DNA of 64,000 nucleotides from an uncultured bacterium. Its GTDB lineage: Bacteria; Edwardsbacteria; AC1; EtOH8. A model generated the notes under the pieces. It ran no database searches and was not told the DNA's origin. It saw only the letters and a list, made by a program, of their open reading frames with translations. Made by a program: the position numbers and the translations under genes. The stretch is from positions 97,363-161,362 of the forward strand of contig CAWAAX010000027.1 of the NCBI GenBank assembly GCA_963780225.1, written 5' to 3'. Shown here one piece after another: positions 1-10,156 of the stretch; the stretch's first letter is position 1, and every line of letters begins with the position of its first letter.

Positions 1-1107
1 TTCTTCTATCTTTACGGTCTCGTCCAGGTCCGAAAGACGTAAACAGGCCGCTTCCAGCACCAGCCGGGACTGGCTGCTTCGTTTCATGGTGGTCTCGGTC
101 TCCACCAGTATCCTGACCATCCGCAGAAGATCGCGGCCCTGGATCCCGCCGGCCTGCTTCAGATAATTCCCCCGGGCGTCGGCCGGAACGTCAGACAGGG
201 CTATGTTGGGCTGGCCGGCCGCTATCACCATCAGCTTGCGGAAGTGGGCCAAAAGGCCCAGGGCAAATTCCTGCAGGTCGTAGCCGCCGGAGGACACCTG
301 TTCCACTAATTCCAGCAGTCCGGCCTGGTCCCTGCTCCGGATCAGATCCACGGTCTTGAAGAACAGGGCCTCGTCCACCAGGCCCAGCACCTGCCGGGCG
401 TCCTCGGCCGTCAGCTTCTGGCCGCCGTAGGAGATCAGCTGGTCCAGCAGGCTGATGGCGTCGCGCATTGAGCCCTCGGATTTCTGGGCCACCAGGTACA
501 GACAGTCGTCCGTGGCCTGGACCTCCTCGCCCTCCAGCATTCTTTTGACGTAATCCACCACCACCGAAACCTCCACCTTGCGGAAGTCGAAGCGCTGGCA
601 GCGGGACAGGATGGTGATGGGAACCTTGTGGATCTCGGTGGTGGCGAAGATGAAGATGGCGTGGGCCGGGGGCTCCTCCAGCGTCTTCAGCAGGGCGTTG
701 AAGGCCTCCTTGGTCAGCATGTGGACTTCGTCTATGATGTAGATCTTGTATTTGCCCTGGGTGGGGGTGTACTTGACGTTCTCCCTCAGGTCGCGGATCT
801 CGTCGATGCCGCGGTTGGAGGCGCCGTCGATCTCCAGCACGTCTATGCTGCGGGAACCGGTGATCTCCACGCAGGAGGAGCATTTGTTGCAGGGGGTCTC
901 GGTGGGACCCTCGGCGCAGTTCAACGCCTTGGCCAGCACCCGGGCGGCCGAGGTCTTGCCCACCCCCCGGGCCCCGGAGAACAGGTAGGCATGGGCGATG
1001 CGCTTGGATTTGATGGCATTGCGCAAGGTGGTGGTCACATGCTGCTGGCCGATCAGCTGCTCAAAATTCTGGGGCCGCCACTTGCGGGCTAAGACTAAAT
1101 ATGACAT
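1..1107 (-). CDS. dnaX: DNA polymerase III subunit gamma/tau, 5' part (runs off the left edge)
   Basis: Manual minus-strand translation from ATG at 1107: MSYLVLARKWRPQ...GPRGVGKT (Walker A), CNKCSSC Zn motif, DAASN, DEVH. Absent from the ORF track because there is no stop in the window. Confidence 0.97.
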   Translation of the reverse strand, partial: MSYLVLARKWRPQNFEQLIGQQHVTTTLRNAIKSKRIAHAYLFSGARGVGKTSAARVLAKALNCAEGPTETPCNKCSSCVEITGSRSIDVLEIDGASNRGIDEIRDLRENVKYTPTQGKYKIYIIDEVHMLTKEAFNALLKTLEEPPAHAIFIFATTEIHKVPITILSRCQRFDFRKVEVSVVVDYVKRMLEGEEVQATDDCLYLVAQKSEGSMRDAISLLDQLISYGGQKLTAEDARQVLGLVDEALFFKTVDLIRSRDQAGLLELVEQVSSGGYDLQEFALGLLAHFRKLMVIAAGQPNIALSDVPADARGNYLKQAGGIQGRDLLRMVRILVETETTMKRSSQSRLVLEAACLRLSDLDETVKIEE

Positions 1108-1129
1108 AACAAAACCAGCATCTATAATA

Positions 1130-1272
1130 ATTACTAATTTCTAAACTTGTCCTGAGCGAAGCCGAAGGATTCTAAACTCTAAACAAATATCAATTACCAA
1201 AATCCAAAAAGACTGTTTGAGGTTTGTGGTTTGGATATTATTTAGGATTTCGATATTAGGTTTTAGGGTTTA
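1130..1272. repeat. Inverted pair of degenerate heptamer arrays with nested palindrome CTTGTCCTGAGCGAAGCCGAAGGA (1146-1169)
   Basis: Left arm ...TTCTAAACTCTAAAC..., right arm ...TTTAGGATTTCGATATTAGGTTTTAGGGTTT; REP-like palindrome inserted in the left arm. Confidence 0.6.
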
Positions 1273-1278
1273 AGTAAG

Positions 1279-1379
<101 letters not shown>

Positions 1380-1385
1380 ATATTG

Positions 1386-1414
1386 ATTTTAACAGAGGAC
1401 GGTGGTTTTGTCAA
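1386..1414 (-). promoter_or_regulatory. Sigma70-type promoter of SRP RNA
   Basis: TTGACA (1414-1409), 17 nt, TAAAAT (1391-1386), about 7 nt before the RNA 5' end. Confidence 0.8.
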
Positions 1415-1459
1415 CAAGATTGGATCATTCTGTGGATCATTCCAAATAGGAAGTAATTA

Positions 1460-1572
1460 AAAAATGGGAAATAGGAACCACTGCCCTTGGTTTCACTTCC
1501 CACTTTCCACTTCCCATTTCCCATTTAGCCATTTCCCATTTATCTTCTTCCCATTTCCCATTTATCCACTTT
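1460..1572. repeat. Degenerate heptamer array (TTCCCAT/TTCCCAC)
   Basis: ttcccac tttccac ttcccat ttcccat ttagccat ttcccat..., preceded by complementary AATGGGAAATAGGAA. Confidence 0.7.
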
Positions 1573-1576
1573 TCAT

Positions 1577-2677
1577 TTATTTCTGTCTCTCCAGCATCCT
1601 CTTTATCCCCGACTGCACCACCTCCAGCTCGGCCGATGTGCAGGTCTTGTCCAGCCCCCGGACGCCGTAGAAATCCTTGTTCAACGGCCGCCACAGCTCG
1701 GGGTCGTACAGGCCAAAGATGGCGAAGGTGGGCGCTCCCACCGCCGCCGAAAGGTGCATGATGCCGGTATTGTTGCACACCACCAGTCTCAGCTGACTGA
1801 TGACCCCGGCCAGCTGCCGTATATCCAGGCCAGGCAGGGGTGTCACCTTGGCATTGACCACCCCCAGGAACCGCTCGCCCAGGTCTTCCTCGCGCGGTCC
1901 CCAGAACACGGCCACCTGGAATCCCAGCTCTTTGGCCAGCCAGTCGGCCAGGGCCGCGTACTTCTGGTAAGGCCACCGGTTAGGCGTGTTATAGGCGCCC
2001 AGGTTCAGACCAATGGTCTTCTCCGGCACCAGGTGATGGTCCCACAAAACTTTTTTCCCCTGCTCTTTCTCCTCCGGAGTCAGGTAAACTTCTTCCGACA
2101 GATCGCCGGTGGGGATGCCCAGGTGCTCCAGGATCAAAAGACTGCGCTTAGTTTCGTGAATGGGTGAAACTGACGGAGAGGACAGTACATTGTAAAAAAG
2201 ATTAGGCCGGAAATTGTAGAACGGCATTTCCGCCGTCCCCAGCCGGTAACGGGCTCCGGACAGCAGGCACAGGATATCGCTGGAGAGCGAGTGGGAAACG
2301 GTGTTAAGCACTATGCACAAGTCATAGGGCTGCCTCAGGCCCTGGAACAGCCGGAACAGCCTTTTGGGCGTGGCTAATTTAAGCTTTTCCGGGTAGACCA
2401 GCACCTGGTCAATGTTGGGGTTGTTCTGCAGGACAGTGTGGGTGTAATAGCGGGCCAGGACGGTTATTTTTGCCTGGGGAAATCTTTGCCTTAAGGCCCG
2501 GTATACCGGCGTGGTCAGGATCAGGTCGCCCAGCTGGTCGTGCTGGCGGATCACCAGGATGCTTTTGACCGAACCAAGGTCCACCTGGTCCGGGGGGTAA
2601 AGCACATCGGGCAGGAGGGCTGAGAAAAGGCCGATCAGGGCCTTCTTGAATATTTTTTCAGTTTTGGGTATGCGCAT
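1577..2677 (-). CDS. Glycosyltransferase family 9 (LPS heptosyltransferase-like)
   Basis: ILVIRQHDQLGD-LILTTP, NPNIDQV, RWP, NNTGIMHLSAAVGAPTFAIFG motifs. Confidence 0.92.
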   Translation of the reverse strand: MRIPKTEKIFKKALIGLFSALLPDVLYPPDQVDLGSVKSILVIRQHDQLGDLILTTPVYRALRQRFPQAKITVLARYYTHTVLQNNPNIDQVLVYPEKLKLATPKRLFRLFQGLRQPYDLCIVLNTVSHSLSSDILCLLSGARYRLGTAEMPFYNFRPNLFYNVLSSPSVSPIHETKRSLLILEHLGIPTGDLSEEVYLTPEEKEQGKKVLWDHHLVPEKTIGLNLGAYNTPNRWPYQKYAALADWLAKELGFQVAVFWGPREEDLGERFLGVVNAKVTPLPGLDIRQLAGVISQLRLVVCNNTGIMHLSAAVGAPTFAIFGLYDPELWRPLNKDFYGVRGLDKTCTSAELEVVQSGIKRMLERQK

Positions 2678-2743
2678 GAGGGTGATGGTACTATAAACCT
2701 ATTTATTAAAGAAACAACTCTGTTTTAAATACTTTAAGCCTGC

Positions 2744-3799
2744 TTATTCATTGTGATCAACAATTTTCTTGGTGGAAGCTTCAATTTGTTTTAATTTCTG
2801 TTCTGCTTCTACAAAATGCTTTTCTACTTCTGTCGGTTCCTCAATCTGCTGTCGGCGGAATTTGTCATATTCTTCATGAGCTTTTTCTATTGCTGTTTCG
2901 TTGCTGATTTTTCCGGAATGGGTCAATAATTCTCTGCCGGTCATGGTTAGGAACTGATTCAAACGCTCACTCCAATCCTTCATGGTCATGGGTATCCGAC
3001 GCATAGCCTGAATTTCCGCCAATTCCAGATAGGCTGTTACCATACGATTCAACAGAACGAGTTCTTCTGCCCTCAAATAGTTTTTTGCGACCTCAACATC
3101 CCGTTTAAGCAGTTTCTTGCCTGGATAGTTTGTAATGCCCATATTTTGCTCGGCAGCAGCAGCGCGATTGTATATGATTTCAGCGGCGGTATGTCCATGA
3201 GCTGCCCAGTGCATCTTGTTTTGCACCTGCTTGAAAAACTCTTTAGAGGTTTCGGCGGAAGGGCTATAATCAATACTGGTGGCGTATATATCCAGCACTT
3301 TTCGCCAGAATATTTTTTCCGATGAGCGGATGTCCCGGATACGGGCAAGCAGTTCTTCAAAGTAGCGGCCGCCTTCGGGTTCTTTCAAACGTTCATCGTC
3401 CAGGGTGAAGCCTTTAACAATATACTCCCCGAGCCTTTTAGTCGCCCAGATGCGGAATCGGGTGGCAATGTTGCTTTTAACCCGATAGCCCACTGAAATG
3501 ATAATGTCCAGATTGTAATATTCCAGATTGCGCTGAACCTGCCGCTGACCTTCGGAGCGAACCAACAAGAATTTCTTGTGAGTTGCCTCAGGCGTCAATT
3601 CACCTTCTTCATATATGTTTTGAATGTGTTGACTTATATTCTGCTGGGTGGTTTGATACAGTTCCGCCATCAAGGGCTGTGTCAGCCAAACAGTTCCATC
3701 CTGCAGTCTTGTTTCAATCCGCAAATCACCGTTTTCTGCTTGGTAGAGAAGAATTTCACCACCCTTGCTTTTAACAGATTTTTTTTGCGCTTTGCCCAT
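2744..3799 (-). CDS. rhuM: Virulence RhuM family protein
   Basis: TVWLTQ..MAELY, YNLDIIISVGYRVKS..ATRFRIWAT, ELLARIRDIRSSEK, VQNKMHWAAHGHTAAE. Confidence 0.92.
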   Translation of the reverse strand: MGKAQKKSVKSKGGEILLYQAENGDLRIETRLQDGTVWLTQPLMAELYQTTQQNISQHIQNIYEEGELTPEATHKKFLLVRSEGQRQVQRNLEYYNLDIIISVGYRVKSNIATRFRIWATKRLGEYIVKGFTLDDERLKEPEGGRYFEELLARIRDIRSSEKIFWRKVLDIYATSIDYSPSAETSKEFFKQVQNKMHWAAHGHTAAEIIYNRAAAAEQNMGITNYPGKKLLKRDVEVAKNYLRAEELVLLNRMVTAYLELAEIQAMRRIPMTMKDWSERLNQFLTMTGRELLTHSGKISNETAIEKAHEEYDKFRRQQIEEPTEVEKHFVEAEQKLKQIEASTKKIVDHNE

Positions 3800-4041
3800 T
3801 ATTTACCCTCCAACGCCGGCATCAATTCCTTTTTCATAACATCGCAAATCAAATTAAGTTCTTTAATAGTCCCGCAATTCGTCGTCATTTCGCCCAGCTG
3901 GTCGTGCTGGCGGATCACCAGGATGCTTTTGACCGAACCAAGGTCCACCTGGTCCGGGGAATAAAGAACGTCGGACAGGAAGGCAGAGAAAAGGCCGATC
4001 ATGGCCTTCTTGAATATTTTTTCAGTTTTGGGTATGCGCAT
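3799..4041 (-). pseudogene. Duplicated 5' fragment of the GT9 gene fused to an unrelated short tail
   Basis: About 3891-4041 closely repeats about 2527-2677 (MRIPKTEKIFKKA...IRQHDQLG); the tail's stop overlaps the rhuM start (TAATG). Confidence 0.85.
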
Positions 4042-4183
4042 GATGGTGATTAGTACTTTAAGTCTATTGGTTGTATGCCGCACTTCTTTGTTTGTCTTGA
4101 TTTTTCCCTACTTTATGACCTATCATGGTGCGTTAAATTGGTGGTTCTTTTTCTTTTTGGTGCAACGGCCTACAAACTATTTC

Positions 4184-5686
4184 TTAACTCGATTTACGTG
4201 TGCTTACCCCAAAGTTCTCGTAAACATATTGATTAATTCTTTCTGTAATATCTTTCCCTAAATTGGTCAATACAATTTCATCAATAGGCTTGTAACTGAT
4301 GTCTCTGCCTTTATTTGAAATTGATTGATAAAGAAAATTAGAAAAAGAACCAGACCTCATCAAAACTGTTTGTGTTCCTTTAATGTCTTCCAAAACTGCG
4401 TTTATGTATTTAGGGGTTACTACGATTGTGTATTCGGCACCTATCTGCTCCCTATGATGTCTTAACCGACCTGCACTTAAATTCATTAATTTATTTTTTG
4501 TCGATTTTGCTTCAACATCAAATTTCTTGTCGGTTGCATCCACAGGAGTGTAAACACATTCAATATCTGTTGTGCCTGCTGAAGCATGTTTTTCAGCATC
4601 GACATCAGAGAAATAGTTAAAAGCATCACAAAGAACATCTTCAAATTTGTAAGCATCTCCATAAACAGAATTTCTTGCATATAAATTAATGTCGTCTGTT
4701 ATTTTTAAAATGGAAATTATTTTCTCTTGTTCTTCGTTGTCAATACCAAGTTCTTGAATTAATTCGGGTGGATAATAATTATATAGCTGAATTATATACT
4801 CTGAGTTCAATTGTAGTTTTTCGGTCAAGTCTTTCGGTTTTTCTTCGTAAGAATAATTTTTTACAAGGACTGAAACAAACTCTAATATCTCTGCTTTTAC
4901 TTTTACTGAATCACTTTTATATCTCCTTCGACCACTTCCACTACCATGTATTAATACGCCATGATTGTCATCCGCTTGGCTCCAATCAAGAATACCTGCT
5001 TGCTGAAGGACACCTGCCGCATAATTCCATTCATGCAATGCATTTGCCAAAACATCTTCAACATTCTTTCTTTTTGTAAATAGCCTATACTTTACAGATG
5101 ATGGAATACTTCTAAAAGCTAATATCTCTTTCACTAATTCGTTGTATGATTTCCTGTCAATATCTTTGTAAAACATTACATGATAAAATACTTCATCATG
5201 GTTTAATTTGTAGTCAAGTCGCTTATCTGTAAGCAGTTTGAATATTAAGCGATAAGGATAAATATTAAACGACTTGTGCATTTTGTTGAAAGGATGTGCA
5301 AATGGCATACCAAAAAGCATACAGAGAAATGTTTTGCTAACAAGTTTTTTGTCTTTCTTATTATCTAACAATAAGTTCCCTAATGGACTAAATACAACCC
5401 TCTCAACTTTATTTCCTTTAATTTTTAATTTATATCCAAACATGTAGTACACAATTTGACAAACCTTAAATTGGATTGTAAAAACACTTGGCTTTCCAAA
5501 ACGTGGATTATACAAATTATCCGTTTCCATTCCCAAAAGAATTTCTTTCAACGCATCGTCTGAAATATCTGCTTTTCCTGATCTTACCGCATCTGCATAC
5601 AAAACCATAAGATCAAAATCTTTAATGTATTTCATTAAAGTCCATTTGTTCTTTTTTGAGGTTCTGTCAATTTCTGAGTTATACAT
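4184..5686 (-). CDS. Probable type IIS restriction endonuclease (HgaI/AlwI-like)
   Basis: 500 aa, AT-rich, C-terminal PD-(D/E)xK-like motif (FEDVL...TDIEC...DVEAKS); co-oriented downstream of two C5 methyltransferases. Confidence 0.75.
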   Translation of the reverse strand: MYNSEIDRTSKKNKWTLMKYIKDFDLMVLYADAVRSGKADISDDALKEILLGMETDNLYNPRFGKPSVFTIQFKVCQIVYYMFGYKLKIKGNKVERVVFSPLGNLLLDNKKDKKLVSKTFLCMLFGMPFAHPFNKMHKSFNIYPYRLIFKLLTDKRLDYKLNHDEVFYHVMFYKDIDRKSYNELVKEILAFRSIPSSVKYRLFTKRKNVEDVLANALHEWNYAAGVLQQAGILDWSQADDNHGVLIHGSGSGRRRYKSDSVKVKAEILEFVSVLVKNYSYEEKPKDLTEKLQLNSEYIIQLYNYYPPELIQELGIDNEEQEKIISILKITDDINLYARNSVYGDAYKFEDVLCDAFNYFSDVDAEKHASAGTTDIECVYTPVDATDKKFDVEAKSTKNKLMNLSAGRLRHHREQIGAEYTIVVTPKYINAVLEDIKGTQTVLMRSGSFSNFLYQSISNKGRDISYKPIDEIVLTNLGKDITERINQYVYENFGVSTRKSS

Positions 5687-5691
5687 TGTTG

Positions 5692-6753
5692 TTATTGATT
5701 GATTTTTGATAAAATAGTTTTAAGCATAAGCGGAGGAATTGCTTCACCAACAAGCAACCTGACAAAGGAATCTTTACAGTCAGTTGGAATATTCCAATTT
5801 TCGGGTAAAGAAGAAACAATGAATAGTTCAAGTAAACTTAATACTCTTGGGTCACTCCATGTTCCGTCTTTCTGTTGCCTACCCGGATGAACATTGTTAT
5901 GCCCGCTTATTAATCCGTTGTTTGTTGCTCTTGCTGGTGACGGTGCATTCCATTTCATTCTTTTGTATGTATTATGGAATCCGCTAACTTTTTCTCCATT
6001 TATTTTTTTTGGGTAATATACTTTATTTACCATTGCACTTTTTCCTTCGGGTGTATGTGTCATTACCTCAACCTGCATTGTACTATGTTTCATAGCGTAA
6101 TGATATTTTAGGTATGATTTTTCCCCTGGCATCAAAGATGGTAAATGTCCGATAGCTTTTTTTAAAGTTATTTCTGGTTGCTTTTCGGGTGAGCTCCATT
6201 TTTTATTTTTCTTAAACAGTTTTATTATTGCTCTCGGTCTGCTTTGTGGGATTCCGTAATCTTTTGCATTGAGAACAGCATGCTCAATATGATACTTTTC
6301 ACTGAATATAATTTCAAGTATTTCATTAATCCCGAGATATTTTCCTTCGAATGGAAACAATAGTTTGAAAAATTTGGGAACATTTTCAATCAAGATGAAA
6401 TCAAAATCTATTTGTTTAATAACTTCAATTACGGAAAATATTAAATAATTTCTTTCATCTATTTCATAATCTTTCTTTCCCAAACTACTCATGCCTTGGC
6501 ATGGGGGAGTGGCGATTAAAATACTTGGTTTTATTATTTTTGCTTCATTTACAAACTCGTTGAATATATTTTTGTTGAGAATATCTCCTGTAATCATTTT
6601 CGTTTTTGGATAAAGGTGTTTGTAGAAGTCTGCCCTTTCCTTCACCAGCTCATTTGCAAGCAAAATATCAATGCCAATTTCATTGAGATAGGTTTCCGCT
6701 ATCCCTGCACTTGAAAACATTGAAATTCCAATGATATTCTTATTTGCACTCAT
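5692..6753 (-). CDS. DNA (cytosine-5) methyltransferase 2
   Basis: FSSAGI motif I variant, PPCQ catalytic motif, ENV, QSRPR, GEAIPP motif X. Confidence 0.95.
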   Translation of the reverse strand: MSANKNIIGISMFSSAGIAETYLNEIGIDILLANELVKERADFYKHLYPKTKMITGDILNKNIFNEFVNEAKIIKPSILIATPPCQGMSSLGKKDYEIDERNYLIFSVIEVIKQIDFDFILIENVPKFFKLLFPFEGKYLGINEILEIIFSEKYHIEHAVLNAKDYGIPQSRPRAIIKLFKKNKKWSSPEKQPEITLKKAIGHLPSLMPGEKSYLKYHYAMKHSTMQVEVMTHTPEGKSAMVNKVYYPKKINGEKVSGFHNTYKRMKWNAPSPARATNNGLISGHNNVHPGRQQKDGTWSDPRVLSLLELFIVSSLPENWNIPTDCKDSFVRLLVGEAIPPLMLKTILSKINQ

Positions 6754-7820
6754 TTTGAAATTCCCTCTAATATATTTTTCATCATTTTAGGTGGAATTCC
6801 TTCTCCAATAAATTGCCTTAATGCCGTGTCCGAAATATCTGTTGGCAGATCAATGTCGGGGGGCAAAGATGTTAGAATTAATAGTTCCCTTAATGTTAAT
6901 ACTCTTGCATCACTCCATGTATTATTCTTCAACTTTCTTCCTGGGTGAACGTTGTTTTGTGATGATATTATTTCGTTCCTCATTGTTACTGTCGGTGCTG
7001 GCTTGTCCCAATCAATTCGTCTATAGCAATTATTGTAACCCTTTATTCTTCGTCCGTCTTTGTTTACTGGAAAATGCTTTTTATTGCTAAATGCTGTCTG
7101 ACCTGTTGGTGTGAACTTCATCCATTCAATTTGGTTTTTCGGATGCACTCTTGCCCAATGATTTTTCAAATCAGATTTCATTCCCGATTCTAATGAAGGA
7201 AGATTTCCGATTGCATCAGCAACAGAAATATGTTCTTTTTCTAACTGTGGTTTATTCCACTTTAATCCTTTTTTGTAAAGCCTAATAAAAGCACGATTGC
7301 GAACTTGGGGTATCCCAAAATCTGCCGAATTAAAAATGTCCACTTCAATGTTGTATTTCTTTCCGTATTTCTCTTTCAGCAATTCGGATATTGTCAGCAC
7401 TTTATTATTGTAGATGTAATTTACTTTTAAAAATCGCGGCACGTTTTCAATGATTACATAATTGGGTGAAATAGAATCAACGATTTCCAATGTTTCTAAA
7501 ATCAATAAATTTCTATTGTCATCATGCAAAGTTCCATCTTTTCTGTTTTTCCCAACTGAGCTCATACCTTGGCATGGTGGTGTTGCAATAATTAAATCAA
7601 TACTGTGCTTTTTAGAAGCAGTAAGGATTTTATTTTTAACATTGCTATCAATAATGTCACCGCAAATTACTTCTGTGTCAGGATGGAAATACTTGTAAGC
7701 TTGACAACGCATAGGTTCAATTTCATTTGCAACCACTGTGTTTATACCAATGCTATTTAAATAGTATTCGCCTACGCCAATACAGGAAAAAAGGGATACT
7801 GCATTTAGTTTTTTCATCAT
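6750..7820 (-). CDS. DNA (cytosine-5) methyltransferase 1
   Basis: LFSCIGV, PPCQ, ENV, QVRNR, GEGIPP; paralogous to and overlapping the adjacent MTase by 4 nt. Confidence 0.95.
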   Translation of the reverse strand: MMKKLNAVSLFSCIGVGEYYLNSIGINTVVANEIEPMRCQAYKYFHPDTEVICGDIIDSNVKNKILTASKKHSIDLIIATPPCQGMSSVGKNRKDGTLHDDNRNLLILETLEIVDSISPNYVIIENVPRFLKVNYIYNNKVLTISELLKEKYGKKYNIEVDIFNSADFGIPQVRNRAFIRLYKKGLKWNKPQLEKEHISVADAIGNLPSLESGMKSDLKNHWARVHPKNQIEWMKFTPTGQTAFSNKKHFPVNKDGRRIKGYNNCYRRIDWDKPAPTVTMRNEIISSQNNVHPGRKLKNNTWSDARVLTLRELLILTSLPPDIDLPTDISDTALRQFIGEGIPPKMMKNILEGISK

Positions 7821-7999
7821 TGCTTAGTCGTTTTAATTGAGTTAATACATTCTCTTACATCAACACTTAAGGGTATGGCCAATAGTTGCAAAATTGTCCT
7901 TAGTTCGGTGAATTTCTTTGGTGCACTATGGTATGCAATTCCGTACTGCCCATTAGTATTATTATACTTCTAATGACCGACAATTTTGGAGATCTCTAT

Positions 8000-8131
8000 C
8001 TCATGTTTGACCAGCTAAACCTCATGTTTGGTGTCTTCTACCTCATGTACGGTGTTCTCTGCCCCATGTTCGGCGCCTTCAACCTCATGTTTGGCGAGCT
8101 AAACCTCATGTACGGCGTCCTCAACCTCACG
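8000..8131. repeat. 21-bp degenerate tandem repeat, about 6 units
   Basis: CTCATG-initiated units at 8000, 8021, 8042, 8063 (CCCATG), 8084, 8105, 8126 (CTCACG). Confidence 0.85.
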
Positions 8132-8225
8132 ATAACGCATTAAATTGCTTAATGTTACTTCTGTCGTGATGGTCAGCTTAATTTTTCCTGCATTCATGGA
8201 TTCCTTATAAATTCCCAGCCCCGTT

Positions 8226-10082
8226 TTACGCCTTATTCTTGGCAAACTGCAAATTATACAGTCTGGCATAGGTCCCGTCCTTGGCCAGCAGCTCGGAATG
8301 CTTCCCGGCCTCGGTTATCCTCCCGTCCTCAAGCACGATGATCCTATCGGCCCGCTGGATGGTGGACAGCCGGTGGGCAATGACAATGGCGGTGCGGTTG
8401 TTCATCAGATTATTGATGGCCTGCTGGACCAGCTGTTCGGACTCGGTGTCCAAGGCCGAGGTGGCCTCGTCCAGGATCAAAATGGCCGGGTTTTTCAGGA
8501 TAGCCCGGGCAATGGACATCCTCTGCCTCTGGCCGCCCGAGATCTTCAACCCCCGCTCGCCGATCACGGTCTGGTAGCCGTCCGGCATCTCGGTTATGAA
8601 CTGGTGGGCGTTGGCGGCCCTGGCGGCCTCCTCCACCTGGGCCTGGGAGGCCCCTGGACGCCCGTAGGCGATGTTATTGAACACCGTGTCGTGGAAGAGG
8701 ATGGTTTCCTGCCCGACGACTCCCAGCAGCCTCCTAAGCGATTTGGAATCCAGTTCCCGGAGGTCCCTGCCGTCTATCTCTATCCTGCCCTTGGTGCAGT
8801 CATAGAACCTGGGGATCAGGTCGGCCAAAGTGGACTTTCCGGCCCCGGAGGGGCCGACCAGGGCCAGCATCTCGCCCCTTTTGACATCCAGGGTGATGTC
8901 CCTCAGCACAAAGTCTTCGTCGTTTGGCCCGGCCCCGCCCTGCCCCCGGCTTTTGTAGCTGAAGGAGACACCGCTAAATTTTAGGGACTCCTTAAATTCA
9001 CTAAGAACAAAAGCATTAGGCAGGTCCTTAACCTCGGGCTCCAGGTCTATCAGGCCGAAGATGCGTTCGGAGGCGGCCAGCCCCTGCTGCACCACCGGGG
9101 TTACGTTGGAAAGCCCGTTCAGCGGCTGGAGCATGGAAAAGGCCCCTGCCAGAAAGACGAAGAACCTTTCCGGGCTGATGGCTCCCGTCCCGGCCACCTG
9201 GTCCCGGGCCAGCCAGATTATCACCACCCCGGCGATGGCCCCCAAAAACTCGGTCAGGGGCGGGGTCAGCCCGGCCAGGGTCTCGAACCGGAACACCGCC
9301 CTGAAATAATCCCGGTTGTAGCGGGAGAATTTGGTCTTCTCGTGTTCCTCCATGGCAAAGGTCTTTACCACTCTGATGCCGGAGATGGTCTCGGTAAGTA
9401 CCGCGGTCACATCCCCCAGTTTCTCCTGTAGCCTTTTGCCCCGGCGCCTCAACCGGCGCCCGATCAGGGAAATGACCCCGATGCTTAATGGCAGCACCAG
9501 CAGGGAGGTCAGCGCCAGCTTGGGGGCCGCGATCACCGCCAGGCCCAGGTATACCAGGATCAGGCTGCTCTGGCGGATGATGGAGACGGTGCCGTCGGTG
9601 ATGGCGCCCCGCACCAGCCCCACGTCGTTGGTCAACCGGGATACCGTGTTTCCCACCTTGTGCTGGTGAAAATAGGATAGGGAAAGCTTGTGCAGATGGC
9701 TGTACATTTCCTCTCTCAGATCCGCCGTTACCTTTTGCTCGATATAAACTGTCAGTATCCTTTGGAGGTACATGAAAATGTTCTTCAGGAAAAATACGCC
9801 CAGTATCAGCCAACAGAGCTTGATCAGGCCGGCCAGCCGGCCGTCCTTTAACAGCCACCAAAAGGCCAGGTCTTTTACCTGGTTGACATCCAGCGAACGG
9901 ACGGCGGGGGCGGTCGCAGCCAGTTGCACCTGGGCCGGGCTGAACAAAACTTTGATGAACGGGGCAATCATCCCCAGCGACGCGCCGGAGAACAGGGCCA
10001 GCAGCCACATGCAAAGCACCGCCAAACTGAACTGCTTCCAGTAGGGTTTGATGTGAGATATCAGTCTGAGATATAGTTTCAT
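8226..10082 (-). CDS. MsbA-like ABC exporter (TMD + NBD)
   Basis: N-terminal TM helices, GPSGAGKS, ISGGQRQR, ILILDEATSALD, IAHRLST. Confidence 0.93.
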   Translation of the reverse strand: MKLYLRLISHIKPYWKQFSLAVLCMWLLALFSGASLGMIAPFIKVLFSPAQVQLAATAPAVRSLDVNQVKDLAFWWLLKDGRLAGLIKLCWLILGVFFLKNIFMYLQRILTVYIEQKVTADLREEMYSHLHKLSLSYFHQHKVGNTVSRLTNDVGLVRGAITDGTVSIIRQSSLILVYLGLAVIAAPKLALTSLLVLPLSIGVISLIGRRLRRRGKRLQEKLGDVTAVLTETISGIRVVKTFAMEEHEKTKFSRYNRDYFRAVFRFETLAGLTPPLTEFLGAIAGVVIIWLARDQVAGTGAISPERFFVFLAGAFSMLQPLNGLSNVTPVVQQGLAASERIFGLIDLEPEVKDLPNAFVLSEFKESLKFSGVSFSYKSRGQGGAGPNDEDFVLRDITLDVKRGEMLALVGPSGAGKSTLADLIPRFYDCTKGRIEIDGRDLRELDSKSLRRLLGVVGQETILFHDTVFNNIAYGRPGASQAQVEEAARAANAHQFITEMPDGYQTVIGERGLKISGGQRQRMSIARAILKNPAILILDEATSALDTESEQLVQQAINNLMNNRTAIVIAHRLSTIQRADRIIVLEDGRITEAGKHSELLAKDGTYARLYNLQFAKNKA

Positions 10083-10156
10083 TGATTTTAAGAATAAATA
10101 ATCTTGACGCGGCAGGTAATTTATGATAATTTTAACGGTATGTCAGGTCTTGCAAG

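Noticed and set aside
191..1092. ORF-track entries 191..883, 628..1092 and 746..988
   Set aside because: Alternative-frame or antisense shadows of dnaX, which occupies 1-1107 on the minus strand.
9028..10014. 328-aa ORF inside the ABC exporter, and similar long nested or antisense ORFs (21180, 28170, 34841, 39451)
   Set aside because: Shadow ORFs from GC-rich codon usage overlapping well-supported genes; no recognisable motifs.
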